Both the position numbers and the translations under genes were made by a program. A stretch of DNA of 64,000 bases from Amphiscolops sp. MND2022. Taxonomy: Eukaryota. Each line of letters begins with the position of its first letter. Positions within the stretch are counted from its first letter, which is position 1. Under the pieces are notes generated by a model. The model had not been told where the DNA came from. It did not search any database and was given only the letters and a program-made list of their open reading frames with translations. The stretch covers positions 49,044,001 through 49,108,000 of the forward strand of contig OZ076413.1 of assembly GCA_964187785.1 (NCBI GenBank), given 5' to 3'. Below, one piece after another: positions 51,142-62,075 of the stretch.

Positions 51142-53634
51142 TTAAAATACACGCAGAGGAATAGAGTCCGTCTGAGTGTTAAGATCACATTTTTGGTGTT
51201 TTATGTGATATGCCTCGGTGAAGAGCAGAGACCTCCAACTGGACGACTTCTTGAGGATGCTGAAACACTCAAGATGAGTCTCAAAAGTTGGTCTTACATC
51301 GTGAAACATCAGATGATCAAAAATCACTGACGATGAGCCATCTTTACGCTCGGCAAGGTGTTCTCGGACTCTCTGGAACAAATGACGCCTTGTGACACCT
51401 ACGTAGCGGGATTCACAACCCGTCTGCGGACACTTGAACATGTAGGTGACACCGCCGCTGTTTACGACTTTCGGCTTGGCTTCAGGAAGCCTAACCAGAG
51501 ACCCAACACTCGTCGATGTAAAAACCAGACCAGGACATTCAGTGTTGACACGCCTGCAAAGGGCTGAAAAGGACGAAATAAGGCGCTTCTTCGCACTTTC
51601 ACCTTTGTAGGGCAACACCAACGGGACCAACTTGGATTTCTCTTTCTGAGTTGACGATTCCGGACCCAGACGACGCGTCAGAAAGTGACGAACCTGGCTT
51701 CCAAGGACACATTCATCATAACCCAGTTGTGTCAGGCACTTCACTGATCTCTCGATCTCTTCGTGGAAACCTGTCCAGGACGATGACAAGGCGAACGCTC
51801 GGTGACAAAGCATCGGCATGAGGTTCCGCTTGTATTTCTCGTCACAAAACGACTGGGAATGTAAAAATACGCCTTTGTCGCAACTTTTTTGGTAAACGAA
51901 CGTTGAAAAACCCGTTTTTGACATGACAACAGTGACACCAATGAACGGAATAGAACTATCGACAGAAAACTCGCACGTAAACTGAATGGCTGGATGAAAT
52001 CTGTTCAAACGTTCCAGAAACAGTTGAACGTGGGTTGGGTCTGAGAATAGTAGAAATGTGTCATCCACATATCTGACATAGAACACAGGGAAGAAATTAT
52101 GGTTCTCGGCGAACACGCTGATTTCCAGGAAACCAAGATAAAAATTCGCAAAGAGCGGTCCGAGAGGAGAACCCATTGAAATCCCGTCTATTTGCTCATA
52201 CAAAACTCCGTCAAAAGTGAAGAGCATGTTAACAGTGGCCTTTTCCAACAGCAGCTGCAAGTCGCGTCTCTGGAGACGAATACCCTGGTCTTCGAGGAAA
52301 CTAGACTCTCCAGAGGTGTCAAAAACAGCATCCAAAATGACTTGAATCGTCTCGCCGACTGGAACGTTCGTGAAAAGTGAGACCACGTCAAACGAAACCA
52401 TAGTTTCTGCACTTGGGACGTCATCCAGCATATCCACGAAATCAAAAGCACTGTCAACTGTGTGTTTCGCAGGGATGAGTGGTTGTAGGATCGAATTCAA
52501 CCACTTCGCCAGCTTGAAATTGTAAGTGCCAGTAGCACTCAGAACAGGTCTCAGGGGGACTCCTTGTTTGTGCAGCTTTGGCAGACCGTACATGTGTGCC
52601 AATCTGGAACCATGGGGACGAATCTCGTTACGTACATCGTTAGGCAACTTCTCTTTCATCGACGTAAGTACGCGGTCAAGATCTGCCTCTTTCTGAAGGA
52701 GCGGGTGGGAGACCAAGGGCTTGCGTCCTCTGGTTGGTTTGTCAGCGTCAATCACGCGAAATTTCGTTACATCGTCTAGGATCTTCATCATTTTGTCAAC
52801 ATAGTTAGCCCTGTCCATGACAACGACGCCACTGCCTTTGTCTGGCTTTGAAATAACGATATCTTTGTTATTTCGCAGTCTGCGGATCGCTGAACTCTCT
52901 AACTTCGACATCGACGGAGTTCTAGCGTTGCAGTATTGATACGCCAGATCGCCCAGGCCGTTCAAGAACTCATTGTGCTTCGTTGCATCCACATCTTTCT
53001 GCAATCGATAGAAGCAACTCTCAAACTCAGACTTGATTGCCACATCATCAGACTTAGAGGGATATGCAAAATTCAAACCACGACTCAAAACCAGTTTCTC
53101 AGAGAGGTCCAAAGAATAGCTCGAAAGATTCGTTATCAATCCAGAATCTTTAACAGCGCCAATCTGGTTTATCGTCAGCTTTTCGAGCTTCTTACGATGA
53201 ATAGAACGGCTGGTGCTCTTCATTCTCTTACATCGGTCACAAATCGTAAATCTGAGTGCATAGAAGGTGAGAAAAGGTAGCGAATCTTGGAGGGTCGAGA
53301 GAAGAGAGCTCCGCTGCTTTCTGAGGGAATGTAATTTCCTCGTCAATGCCGCTTTCTCCTTCCTCAGTGCGATTCTAGCGAAATCTTTTTCTGCACCTTT
53401 CCATTTTCTTGCCTTCGTCTTGTCGATCTTCGCGAACACGGGGACAATGTCCAGGGCAGAACACTCAGAAATGAACTCCAGAGCAGTTTCAGTTTTGGCG
53501 ATTTTGGTGGAAATACTCTCCAAACATCTCACCGCCTTCACTGTCGGCTCATCAAAATTGCCACGGATCCAATTGAAAATGCGGGAGCCAGAAAACAACT
53601 TTATGAGAAAAGAGTGGCAGAATAAAAACTTCAT
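51142..53634 (-). CDS. Penelope-like RT + GIY-YIG endonuclease, intact 830 aa
   Basis: YGLPKLHK, SFDVVSLFT, MGSPLGP, RYVDD; GVTYMFKC..C..RYVGVTRRHLFQRVREH. Confidence 0.95.
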   Translation of the reverse strand: MKFLFCHSFLIKLFSGSRIFNWIRGNFDEPTVKAVRCLESISTKIAKTETALEFISECSALDIVPVFAKIDKTKARKWKGAEKDFARIALRKEKAALTRKLHSLRKQRSSLLSTLQDSLPFLTFYALRFTICDRCKRMKSTSRSIHRKKLEKLTINQIGAVKDSGLITNLSSYSLDLSEKLVLSRGLNFAYPSKSDDVAIKSEFESCFYRLQKDVDATKHNEFLNGLGDLAYQYCNARTPSMSKLESSAIRRLRNNKDIVISKPDKGSGVVVMDRANYVDKMMKILDDVTKFRVIDADKPTRGRKPLVSHPLLQKEADLDRVLTSMKEKLPNDVRNEIRPHGSRLAHMYGLPKLHKQGVPLRPVLSATGTYNFKLAKWLNSILQPLIPAKHTVDSAFDFVDMLDDVPSAETMVSFDVVSLFTNVPVGETIQVILDAVFDTSGESSFLEDQGIRLQRRDLQLLLEKATVNMLFTFDGVLYEQIDGISMGSPLGPLFANFYLGFLEISVFAENHNFFPVFYVRYVDDTFLLFSDPTHVQLFLERLNRFHPAIQFTCEFSVDSSIPFIGVTVVMSKTGFSTFVYQKSCDKGVFLHSQSFCDEKYKRNLMPMLCHRAFALSSSWTGFHEEIERSVKCLTQLGYDECVLGSQVRHFLTRRLGPESSTQKEKSKLVPLVLPYKGESAKKRLISSFSALCRRVNTECPGLVFTSTSVGSLVRLPEAKPKVVNSGGVTYMFKCPQTGCESRYVGVTRRHLFQRVREHLAERKDGSSSVIFDHLMFHDVRPTFETHLECFSILKKSSSWRSLLFTEAYHIKHQKCDLNTQTDSIPLRVF

Positions 53635-53750
53635 AAATTCGACGTTTCGTCAACTTCTGTTGACATTATCAAGAAAATCTGAAAAATAGCAAAAATTAAA
53701 CAAGTTTCATTAGTGCATCATCAAAAAAAGCAGAAACAAAGAACATCAAT

Positions 53751-56219
53751 TTAAAATACACGCAGAGAAATAGAGTCCGTCTGAGTGTTAAGATCACATT
53801 TTTGGTGTTTTATGTGATATGCCTCGGTGAAGAGCAGAGACCTCCAACTGGACGACTTCTTGAGGATGCTGAAACACTCAAGATGAGTCTCAAAAGTTGG
53901 TCTCACATCGTGAAACATCAGATGATCAAAAATCACTGACGATGAGCCATCTTTACGCTCGGCAAGGTGTTCTCGGACTCTCTGGAACAAATGACGCCTT
54001 GTGACACCTACGTAGCGGGATTCACAACCCGTCTGCGGACACTTGAACATGTAGGTGACACCGCCGCTGTTTACGACTTTCGGCTTGGCTTCAGGAAGCC
54101 TAACCAGAGACCCAACACTCGTCGATGTAAAAACCAGACCAGGACATTCAGTGTTGACACGCCTGCAAAGGGCTGGAAAGGACGAAATAAGGCGCTTCTT
54201 CGCACTTTCACCTTTGTAGGGCAACACCAACGGGACCAACTTGGATTTCTCTTTCTGAGTTGACGATTCCGGACCCAGACGACGCGTCAGAAAGTGACGA
54301 ACCTGGCTTCCAAGGACACATTCATCATAACCCAGTTGTGTCAGGCACTTCACTGATCTCTCGATCTCTTCGTGGAAACCTGTCCAGGACGATGACAAGG
54401 CGAACGCTCGGTGACAAAGCATCGGCATGAGGTTCCGCTTGTATTTCTCGTCTTTACGCCTTTGTCGCAACTTTTGTGGTAAACGGACGTTGAAAAACCC
54501 GTTTTTGACATGACAAGTGACACCAATGAACGGAATAGAACTATCGACAGAAAACTCGCACGTAAACTGAATGGCTGGATGAAATCTGTTCAAACGTTCC
54601 AGAAACAGTTGAACGTGGGTTGGGTCTGAGAATAGTAGAAATGTGTCATCCACATATCTGACATAGAACACAGGGAAGAAATTATGGTTCTCGGCGAACA
54701 CGCTGATTTCCAGGAAACCAAGATAAAAATTCGCAAAGAGCGGTCCGAGAGGAGAACCCATTGAAACCCCGTCTATTTGCTCATACAAAACTCCGTCAAA
54801 AGTGAAGAGCATGTTAACAGTGGCCTTTTCCAACAGCAGCTGCAAGTCGCGTCTCTGGAGACGAATACCCTGGTCTTCGAGGAAACTAGACTCTCCAGAG
54901 GTGTCAAAAACAGCATCCAAAATGACTTGAATCGTCTCGCCGACTGGAACGTTCGTGAAAAGTGAGACCACGTCAAACGAAACCATAGTTTCTGCACTTG
55001 GGACGTCATCCAGCATATCCACGAAATCAAAAGCACTGTCAACTGTGTGTTTCGCAGGGATGAGTGGTTGTAGGATCGAATTCAACCACTTCGCCAGCTT
55101 GAAATTGTAAGTGCCAGTAGCACTCAGAACAGGTCTCAGGGGGACTCCTTGTTTGTGCAGCTTTGGCAGACCGTAGATGTGTGCCAATCTGGAACCATGG
55201 GGACGAATCTCGTTACGTACATCGTTAGGCAACTTCTCTTTCATCGACGTAAGTACGCGGTCAAGATCTGCCTCTTTCTGAAGGAGCGGGTGGGAGACCA
55301 AGGGCTTGCGTCCTCTGGTTGGTTTGTCAGCGTCAATCACGCGAAATTTCGTTACATCGTCTAGGATCTTCATCATTTTGTCAACATAGTTAGCCCTGTC
55401 CATGACAACGACGCCACTGCCTTTGTCTGGCTTTGAAATAACGATATCTTTGTTATTTCGCAGTCTGCGGATCGCTGAACTCTCTAACTTCGACATCGAC
55501 GGAGTTCTAGCGTTGCAGTATTGATACGCCAGATCGCCCAGGCCGTTCAAGAACTCATTGTGCTTCGTTGCATCCACATCTTTCTGCAATCGATAGAAGC
55601 AACTCTCAAACTCAGACTTGATTGCCACATCATCAGACTTAGAGGGATATGCAAAATTCAAACCACGACTCAAAACCAGTTTCTCAGAGAGGTCCAAAGA
55701 ATAGCTCGAAAGATTCGTTATCAATCCAGAATCTTTAACAGCGCCAATCTGGTTTATCGTCAGCTTTTCGAGCTTCTTACGATGAATAGAACGGCTGGTG
55801 CTCTTCATTCTCTTACATCGGTCACAAATCGCAAATCTGAGTGCATAGAAGGTGAGAAAAGGTAGCGAATCTTGGAGGGTCGAGAGAAGAGAGCTCCGCT
55901 GCTTTCTGAGGGAATGTAATTTCCTCGTCAATGCCGCTTTCTCCTTCCTCAGTGCGATTCTAGCGAAATCTTTTTCTGCACCTTTCCATTTTCTTGCCTT
56001 CGTCTTGTCGATCTTCGCGAACACGGGGACAATGTCGAGGGCAGAACACTCAGAAATGAACTCCAGAGCAGTTTCAGTTTTGGCGATTTTGGTGGAAATA
56101 CTCTCCAAACATCTCACCGCCTTCACTGTCGGCTCATCAAAATTGCCACGGATCCAATTGAAAATGCGGGAGCCAGAAAACAACTTTATGAGAAAAGAGT
56201 GGCAGAATAAAAACTTCAT
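53751..56219 (-). CDS. Penelope-like ORF copy, 822 aa, with compensating indels after the RT core
   Basis: Near-identical to the 830-aa ORF except a shifted segment CHVKNGFF...RRK. Confidence 0.9.
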   Translation of the reverse strand: MKFLFCHSFLIKLFSGSRIFNWIRGNFDEPTVKAVRCLESISTKIAKTETALEFISECSALDIVPVFAKIDKTKARKWKGAEKDFARIALRKEKAALTRKLHSLRKQRSSLLSTLQDSLPFLTFYALRFAICDRCKRMKSTSRSIHRKKLEKLTINQIGAVKDSGLITNLSSYSLDLSEKLVLSRGLNFAYPSKSDDVAIKSEFESCFYRLQKDVDATKHNEFLNGLGDLAYQYCNARTPSMSKLESSAIRRLRNNKDIVISKPDKGSGVVVMDRANYVDKMMKILDDVTKFRVIDADKPTRGRKPLVSHPLLQKEADLDRVLTSMKEKLPNDVRNEIRPHGSRLAHIYGLPKLHKQGVPLRPVLSATGTYNFKLAKWLNSILQPLIPAKHTVDSAFDFVDMLDDVPSAETMVSFDVVSLFTNVPVGETIQVILDAVFDTSGESSFLEDQGIRLQRRDLQLLLEKATVNMLFTFDGVLYEQIDGVSMGSPLGPLFANFYLGFLEISVFAENHNFFPVFYVRYVDDTFLLFSDPTHVQLFLERLNRFHPAIQFTCEFSVDSSIPFIGVTCHVKNGFFNVRLPQKLRQRRKDEKYKRNLMPMLCHRAFALSSSWTGFHEEIERSVKCLTQLGYDECVLGSQVRHFLTRRLGPESSTQKEKSKLVPLVLPYKGESAKKRLISSFPALCRRVNTECPGLVFTSTSVGSLVRLPEAKPKVVNSGGVTYMFKCPQTGCESRYVGVTRRHLFQRVREHLAERKDGSSSVIFDHLMFHDVRPTFETHLECFSILKKSSSWRSLLFTEAYHIKHQKCDLNTQTDSISLRVF

Positions 56220-56336
56220 AAATTCGACGTTTCGTCAACTTCTGTTGACATTATCAAGAAAATCTGAAAAATAGAAAAAAATTAAACAAATTTCATTAGT
56301 GCATCATCAAAAAAAGCAGAAACAAAGAACATCAAT

Positions 56337-56579
56337 TTAAAATACACGCAGAGGAATAGAGTCCGTCTGAGTGTTAAGATCACATTTTTAGTGTTTTATG
56401 TGATATGCCTCGGTGAAGAGCAGAGACCTCCAACTGGACGACTTCTTGAGGATGCTGAAACACTCAAGATGAGTCTCAAAAGTTGGTCTTACATCGTGAA
56501 ACATCAGATGATCAAAAATCACTGACGATGAGCCATCTTTACGCTCGGCAAGGTGTTCTCGGACTCTCTGGAACAAATC
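56337..56579 (-). pseudogene. 3' fragment of a third Penelope copy ending at the inversion point
   Basis: Encodes LFQRVREH...YHIKH then a stop. Confidence 0.85.
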
Positions 56580-56587
56580 TGGAACAT

Positions 56588-58905
56588 TTACGATTTGTGA
56601 CCGATGTAAGAGAATGAAGAGCACCAGCCGTTCTATTCNNNNNNNNNNNNNNNNNNNNNNNNNNNNNNNNNNNNNNNNNNNNNNNNNNNNNNNNNNNNNN
56701 NNNNNNNNNNNNNNNNNNNNNNNNNNNNNNNNNNNNNNNNNNNNNNNNNNNNNNNNNNNNNNNNNNNNNNNNNNNNNNNNNNNNNNNNNNNNNNNNNNNN
56801 NNNNNNNNNNNNNNNNNNNNNNNNNNNNNNNNNNNNNNCCGTTCTATTCATCGTAAGAAGCTCGAAAAGCTGACGATAAACCAGATTGGCGCTGTTAAAG
56901 ATTCTGGATTGATAACGAATCTTTCGAGCTATTCTTTGGACCTCTTTGAGAAACTGGTTTTGAGTCGTGGTTTGAATTTTGCATATCCCTCTAAGTCTGA
57001 TGATGTGGCAATCAAGTCTGAGTTTGAGAGTTGCTTCTATCGATTGCAGAAAGATGTGGATGCAACGAAGCACAATGAGTTCTTGAACGGCCTGGGCGAT
57101 CTGGCGTATCAATACTGCAACGCTAGAACTCCGTCGATGTCGAAGTTAGAGAGTTCAGCGATCCGCAGACTGCGAAATAACAAAGATGTCGTTATTTCAA
57201 AGCCAGACAAAGGCAGTGGCGTCGTTGTCATGGACAGGGCTAACTATGTTGACAAAATGATGAAGATCCTAGACGATGTAACGAAATTTCGCGTGATTGA
57301 CGCTGACAAACCAACCAGAGGACGCAAGCCCTTGGTCTCCCACCCGCTCCTTCAGAAAGAGGCAGATCTTGACCGCGTACTTACGTCGATGAAAGAGAAG
57401 TTGCCTAACGATGTACGTAACGAGATTCGTCCCCATGGTTCCAGATTGGCACACATGTACGGTCTGCCAAAGTTGCACAAACAAGGAGTCCCCCTGAGAC
57501 CTGTTCTGAGTGCTACTGGCACTTACAATTTCAAGCTGCCGAAGTGGTTGAATTCGATCCTACAACCACTCATCCCTGCGAAACACACAGTTGACAGTGC
57601 TTTTGATTTCGTGGATATGCTGGATGACGTCCCAAGTGCAGAAACTATGGTTTCGTTTGACGTGGTCTCACTTTTCACGAACGTTCCAGTCGGCGAGACG
57701 ATTCAAGTCATTTTGGATGCTGTTTTTGACACCTCTGGAGAGTCTAGTTTCCTCGAAGACCAGGGTATTCGTCTCCAGAGACGCGACTTGCAGCTGCTGT
57801 TGGAAAAGGCCACTGTTAACATGCTCTTCACTTTTGACGGAGTTTTGTATGAGCAAATAGACGGGGTTTCAATGGGTTCTCCTCTCGGACCGCTCTTTGC
57901 GAATTTTTATCTTGGTTTCCTGGAAATCAGCGTGTTCGCCGAGAACATAATTTCTTCCCTGTGTTCTATGTCAGATATGTGGATGACACATTTCTACTAT
58001 TCTCAGACCCAACCCACGTTCAACTGTTTATGGAACGTTTGAACAGATTTCATCCGGCCATTCAGTTTACGTGCGAGTTTTCTGTCGATAGTTCTATTCC
58101 GTTCATTGGTGTCACTGTTGTCATGTCAAAAACGGGTTTTTCAACGTCCGTTTACCACAAAAGTTGCGACAAAGGCGTATTTTTACATTCCCAGTCGTTT
58201 TGTGACGAGAAATACAAGCGGAACCTCATGCCGATGCTTTGTCACCGAGCGTTCGCCTTGTCATCGTCCTGGACAGGTTTCCACGAAGAGATCGAGAGAT
58301 CAGTGAAGTGCCTGACACAACTGGGTTATGATGAATGTGTCCTTGGAAGCCAGGTTCGTCACTTTCTGACGCGTCGTCTGGGTCCGGAATCGTCAACTCA
58401 GAAAGAGAAATCCAAGTTGGTCCCGTTGGTGTTGCCCTACAAAGGTGAAAGTGCGAAGAAGCGCCTTATTTCGTCCTTTTCAGCCCTTTGCAGGCGTGTC
58501 AACACTGAATGTCCTGGTCTGGTTTTTACATCGACGAGTGTTGGGTCTCTGGTTAGGCTTCCTGAAGCCAAGCCGAAAGTCGTAAACAGCGGCGGTGTCA
58601 CCTACATGTTCAAGTGTCCGCAGACGGGTTGTGAATCCCGCTACGTAGGTGTCACAAGGCGTCATTTGTTCCAGAGAGTCCGAGAACACCTTGCCGAGCG
58701 TAAAGATGGCTCATCGTCAGTGATTTTTGATCATCTGATGTTTCACGATGTAAGACCAACTTTTGAGACTCATCTTGAGTGTTTCAGCATCCTCAAGAAG
58801 TCGTCCAGTTGGAGGTCTCTGCTCTTCACCGAGGCATATCACATAAAACACCAAAAATGTGATCTTAACACTCAGACGGACTCTATTCCTCTGCGTGTAT
58901 TTTAA
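56588..58905 (+). pseudogene. 5'-truncated Penelope copy with N gap and 1-bp frameshift near 57946
   Basis: ORFs 56909-58042 and 57961-58905 match the 830-aa protein. Confidence 0.9.
56639..56838. other. Assembly gap (200 N)
   Basis: Run of N; both flanks read CCGTTCTATTC, so they overlap in Penelope coordinates. Confidence 0.99.
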
Positions 58906-58980
58906 ATTGATGTTCTTTGTTTCTGCTTTTTTTGATGATGCACTAATGAAATTTGTTTAATTTTTGCTATTTTTCAGATT

Positions 58981-59018
58981 TTCTTGATAATGTCAACAGA
59001 AGTTGACGAAACGTCGAA
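58981..59018 (+). ncRNA. Minimal type I hammerhead-like motif (also 61590-61627)
   Basis: TTC-TTGATAA-T-GTCAAC(AGAA)GTTGAC-GAAACGTC-GAA: U3-A8 core variant, perfect 6-bp stem II, palindromic ACGT in place of stem III. Confidence 0.7.
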
Positions 59019-59021
59019 TTT

Positions 59022-61514
59022 ATGAAGTTTTTATTCTGCCACTCTTTTCTCATAAAGTTGTTTTCTGGCTCCCGCATTTTCAATTGGATCCGTGGCAATT
59101 TTGATGAGCCGACAGTGAAGGCGGTGAGATGTTTGGAGAGTATTTCCACCAAAATCGCCAAAACTGAAACTGCTCTGGAGTTCATTTCTGAGTGTTCTGC
59201 CCTCGACATTGTCCCCGTGTTCGCGAAGATCGACAAGACGAAGGCAAGAAAATGGAAAGGTGCAGAAAAAGATTTCGCTAGAATCGCACTGAGGAAGGAG
59301 AAAGCGGCATTGACGAGGAAATTACATTCCCTCAGAAAGCAGCGGAGCTCTCTTCTCTCGACCCTCCAAGATTCGCTACCTTTTCTCACCTTCTATGCAC
59401 TCAGATTTACGATTTGTGACCGATGTAAGAGAATGAAGAGCACCAGCCGTTCTATTCATCGTAAGAAGCTCGAAAAGCTGACGATAAACCAGATTGGCGC
59501 TGTTAAAGATTCTGGATTGATAACGAATCTTTCGAGCTATTCTTTGGACCTCTCTGAGAAACTGGTTTTGAGTCGTGGTTTGAATTTTGCATATCCCTCT
59601 AAGTCTGATGATGTGGCAATCAAGTCTGAGTTTGAGAGTTGCTTCTATCGATTGCAGAAAGATGTGGATGCAACGAAGCACAATGAGTTCTTGAACGGCC
59701 TGGGCGATCTGGCGTATCAATACTGCAACGCTAGAACTCCGTCGATGTCGAAGTTAGAGAGTTCAGCGATCCGCAGACTGCGAAATAACAAAGATATCGT
59801 TATTTCAAAGCCAGACAAAGGCAGTGGCGTCGTTGTCATGGACAGGGCTAACTATGTTGACAAAATGATGAAGATCCTAGACGATGTAACGAAATTTCGC
59901 GTGATTGACGCTGACAAACCAACCAGAGGACGCAAGCCCTTGGTCTCCCACCCGCTCCTTCAGAAAGAGGCAGATCTTGACCGCGTACTTACGTCGATGA
60001 AAGAGAAGTTGCCTAACGATGTACGTAACGAGATTCGTCCCCATGGTTCCAGATTGGCACACATGTACGGTCTGCCAAAGCTGCACAAACAAGGAGTCCC
60101 CCTGAGACCTGTTCTGAGTGCTACTGGCACTTACAATTTCAAGCTGGCGAAGTGGTTGAATTCGATCCTACAACCACTCATCCCTGCGAAACACACAGTT
60201 GACAGTGCTTTTGATTCCGTGGATATGCTGGATGACGTCCCAAGTGCAGAAACTATGGTTTCGTTTGACGTGGTCTCACTTTTCACGAACGTTCCAGTCG
60301 GCGAGACGATTCAAGTCATTTTGGATGCTGTTTTTGACACCTCTGGAGAGTCTAGTTTCCTCGAAGACCAGAGTATTCGTCTCCAGAGACGCGACTTGCA
60401 GCTGCTGTTGGAAAAGGCCACTGTTAACATGCTCTTCACTTTTGACGGAGTTTTGTATGAGCAAATAGACGGGGTTTCAATGGGTTCTCCTCTCGGACCG
60501 CTCTTTGCGAATTTTTACCTTGGTTTCCTGGAAATCAGCGTGTTCGCCGAGAACCATAATTTCTTCCCTGTGTTCTATGTCAGATATGTGGATGACACAT
60601 TTCTACTATTCTCAGACCCAACCCACGTTCAACTGTTTCTGGAACGTTTGAACAGATTTCATCCAGCCATTCAGTTTACGTGCGAGTTTTCTGTCGATAG
60701 TTCTATTCCGTTCATTGGTGTCACTGTTGTCATGTCAAAAACGGGTTTTTCAACGTCCGTTTACCACAAAAGTTGCGACAAAGGCGTATTTTTACATTCC
60801 CAGTCGTTTTGTGACGAGAAATACAAGCGGAACCTCATGCCGATGCTTTGTCACCGAGCGTTCGCCTTGTCATCGTCCTGGACAGGTTTCCACGAAGAGA
60901 TCGAGAGATCAGTGAAGTGCCTGACACAACTGGGTTATGATGAATGTGTCCTTGGAAGCCAGGTTCGTCACTTTCTGACGCGTCGTCTGGGTCCGGAATC
61001 GTCAACTCAGAAAGAGAAATCCAAGTTGGTCCCGTTGGTGTTGCCCTACAAAGGTGAAAGTGCGAAGAAGCGCCTTATTTCGTCCTTTTCAGCCCTTTGC
61101 AGGCGTGTCAACACTGAATGTCCTGGTCTGGTTTTTACATCGACGAGTGTTGGGTCTCTGGTTAGGCTTCCTGAAGCCAAGCCGAAAGTCGTAAACAGCG
61201 GCGGTGTCACCTACATGTTCAAGTGTCCGCAGACGGGTTGTGAATCCCGCTACGTAGGTGTCACAAGGCGTCATTTGTTCCAGAGAGTCCGAGAACACCT
61301 TGCCGAGCGTAAAGATGGCTCATCGTCAGTGATTTTTGATCATCTGATGTTTCACGATGTAAGACCAACTTTTGAGACTCATCTTGAGTGTTTCAGCATC
61401 CTCAAGAAGTCGTCCAGTTGGAGGTCTCTGCTCTTCACCGAGGCATATCACATAAAACACCAAAAATGTGATCTTAACACTCAGACGGACTCTATTCCTC
61501 TGCGTGTATTTTAA
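59022..61514 (+). CDS. Penelope-like RT + GIY-YIG endonuclease, intact 830 aa
   Basis: Same motifs as 51142-53634 with a few substitutions. Confidence 0.95.
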   Translation: MKFLFCHSFLIKLFSGSRIFNWIRGNFDEPTVKAVRCLESISTKIAKTETALEFISECSALDIVPVFAKIDKTKARKWKGAEKDFARIALRKEKAALTRKLHSLRKQRSSLLSTLQDSLPFLTFYALRFTICDRCKRMKSTSRSIHRKKLEKLTINQIGAVKDSGLITNLSSYSLDLSEKLVLSRGLNFAYPSKSDDVAIKSEFESCFYRLQKDVDATKHNEFLNGLGDLAYQYCNARTPSMSKLESSAIRRLRNNKDIVISKPDKGSGVVVMDRANYVDKMMKILDDVTKFRVIDADKPTRGRKPLVSHPLLQKEADLDRVLTSMKEKLPNDVRNEIRPHGSRLAHMYGLPKLHKQGVPLRPVLSATGTYNFKLAKWLNSILQPLIPAKHTVDSAFDSVDMLDDVPSAETMVSFDVVSLFTNVPVGETIQVILDAVFDTSGESSFLEDQSIRLQRRDLQLLLEKATVNMLFTFDGVLYEQIDGVSMGSPLGPLFANFYLGFLEISVFAENHNFFPVFYVRYVDDTFLLFSDPTHVQLFLERLNRFHPAIQFTCEFSVDSSIPFIGVTVVMSKTGFSTSVYHKSCDKGVFLHSQSFCDEKYKRNLMPMLCHRAFALSSSWTGFHEEIERSVKCLTQLGYDECVLGSQVRHFLTRRLGPESSTQKEKSKLVPLVLPYKGESAKKRLISSFSALCRRVNTECPGLVFTSTSVGSLVRLPEAKPKVVNSGGVTYMFKCPQTGCESRYVGVTRRHLFQRVREHLAERKDGSSSVIFDHLMFHDVRPTFETHLECFSILKKSSSWRSLLFTEAYHIKHQKCDLNTQTDSIPLRVF

Positions 61515-61690
61515 ATTGATGTTCTTTGTTTCTGCTTTTTTTGATGATGCACTAATGAAATTTGTTTAATTTTTGCTATTTTTCAGATTTTCTTGATAAT
61601 GTCAACAGAAGTTGACGAAACGTCGAATTTATGAAGTTTTTATTCTGCCACTCTTTTCTCATAAAGTTGTTTTCTGGCTCCCGCATTTTC

Positions 61691-61953
61691 AAGAATATAA
61701 TAGATTGAAAATATTCCTAGAAGATATGTCAGATCAAACAATTGAAATAACACCTTTTAATGTAGCTTTTTATTATGTATATTATTGTAAACAAAATAAA
61801 ATAAAAGTGAATGAATCTAAAATAGACAACTACGTTGAACGCATGCAACAACCACTAATTTCAGATCAACTTAAAGAGGAATTTAAGAAAATTATAATTG
61901 ATCAAGCAATCAGGTTTAGTAAAAGTAATCAAAAAATGGGTCTGATTTCTTAG
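61691..61953 (+). pseudogene. ATPase 1, 3' part
   Basis: EYN|RLKIFLEDMSDQ... joins in frame to ...FFTGEEYN, giving a 340-aa protein. Confidence 0.85.
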
Positions 61954-62075
61954 TAAAAAATCACTAAGCAAATTCACTAAGAGCATATATTTTTCACTAA
62001 GCAAATAAGGTTACACTTAAAACATCATGCTCTTAATGAATTTGCTTAGTGATTTAGTGATTTTTTCCTAATTAA

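Larger units (their letters stand above)
50991..61690. mobile_element. Head-to-head multimeric array of a Penelope-like element
   Basis: 12-bp direct repeat AAGAATATAATA at 50979-50990 and 61691-61702; 2609-bp unit; orientation switch at ~56580. Confidence 0.93.

Noticed and set aside
53267..53689. Antisense ORFs (140, 114, 71 aa) repeated in the Penelope units
   Set aside because: Shadow frames of the RT ORF with no independent support.
56614..57112. ORFs spanning the N run
   Set aside because: Artefacts of translating the gap.
61612..61953. Stand-alone 113-aa gene
   Set aside because: Chimera of the Penelope tail and the ATPase 1 C-terminus.
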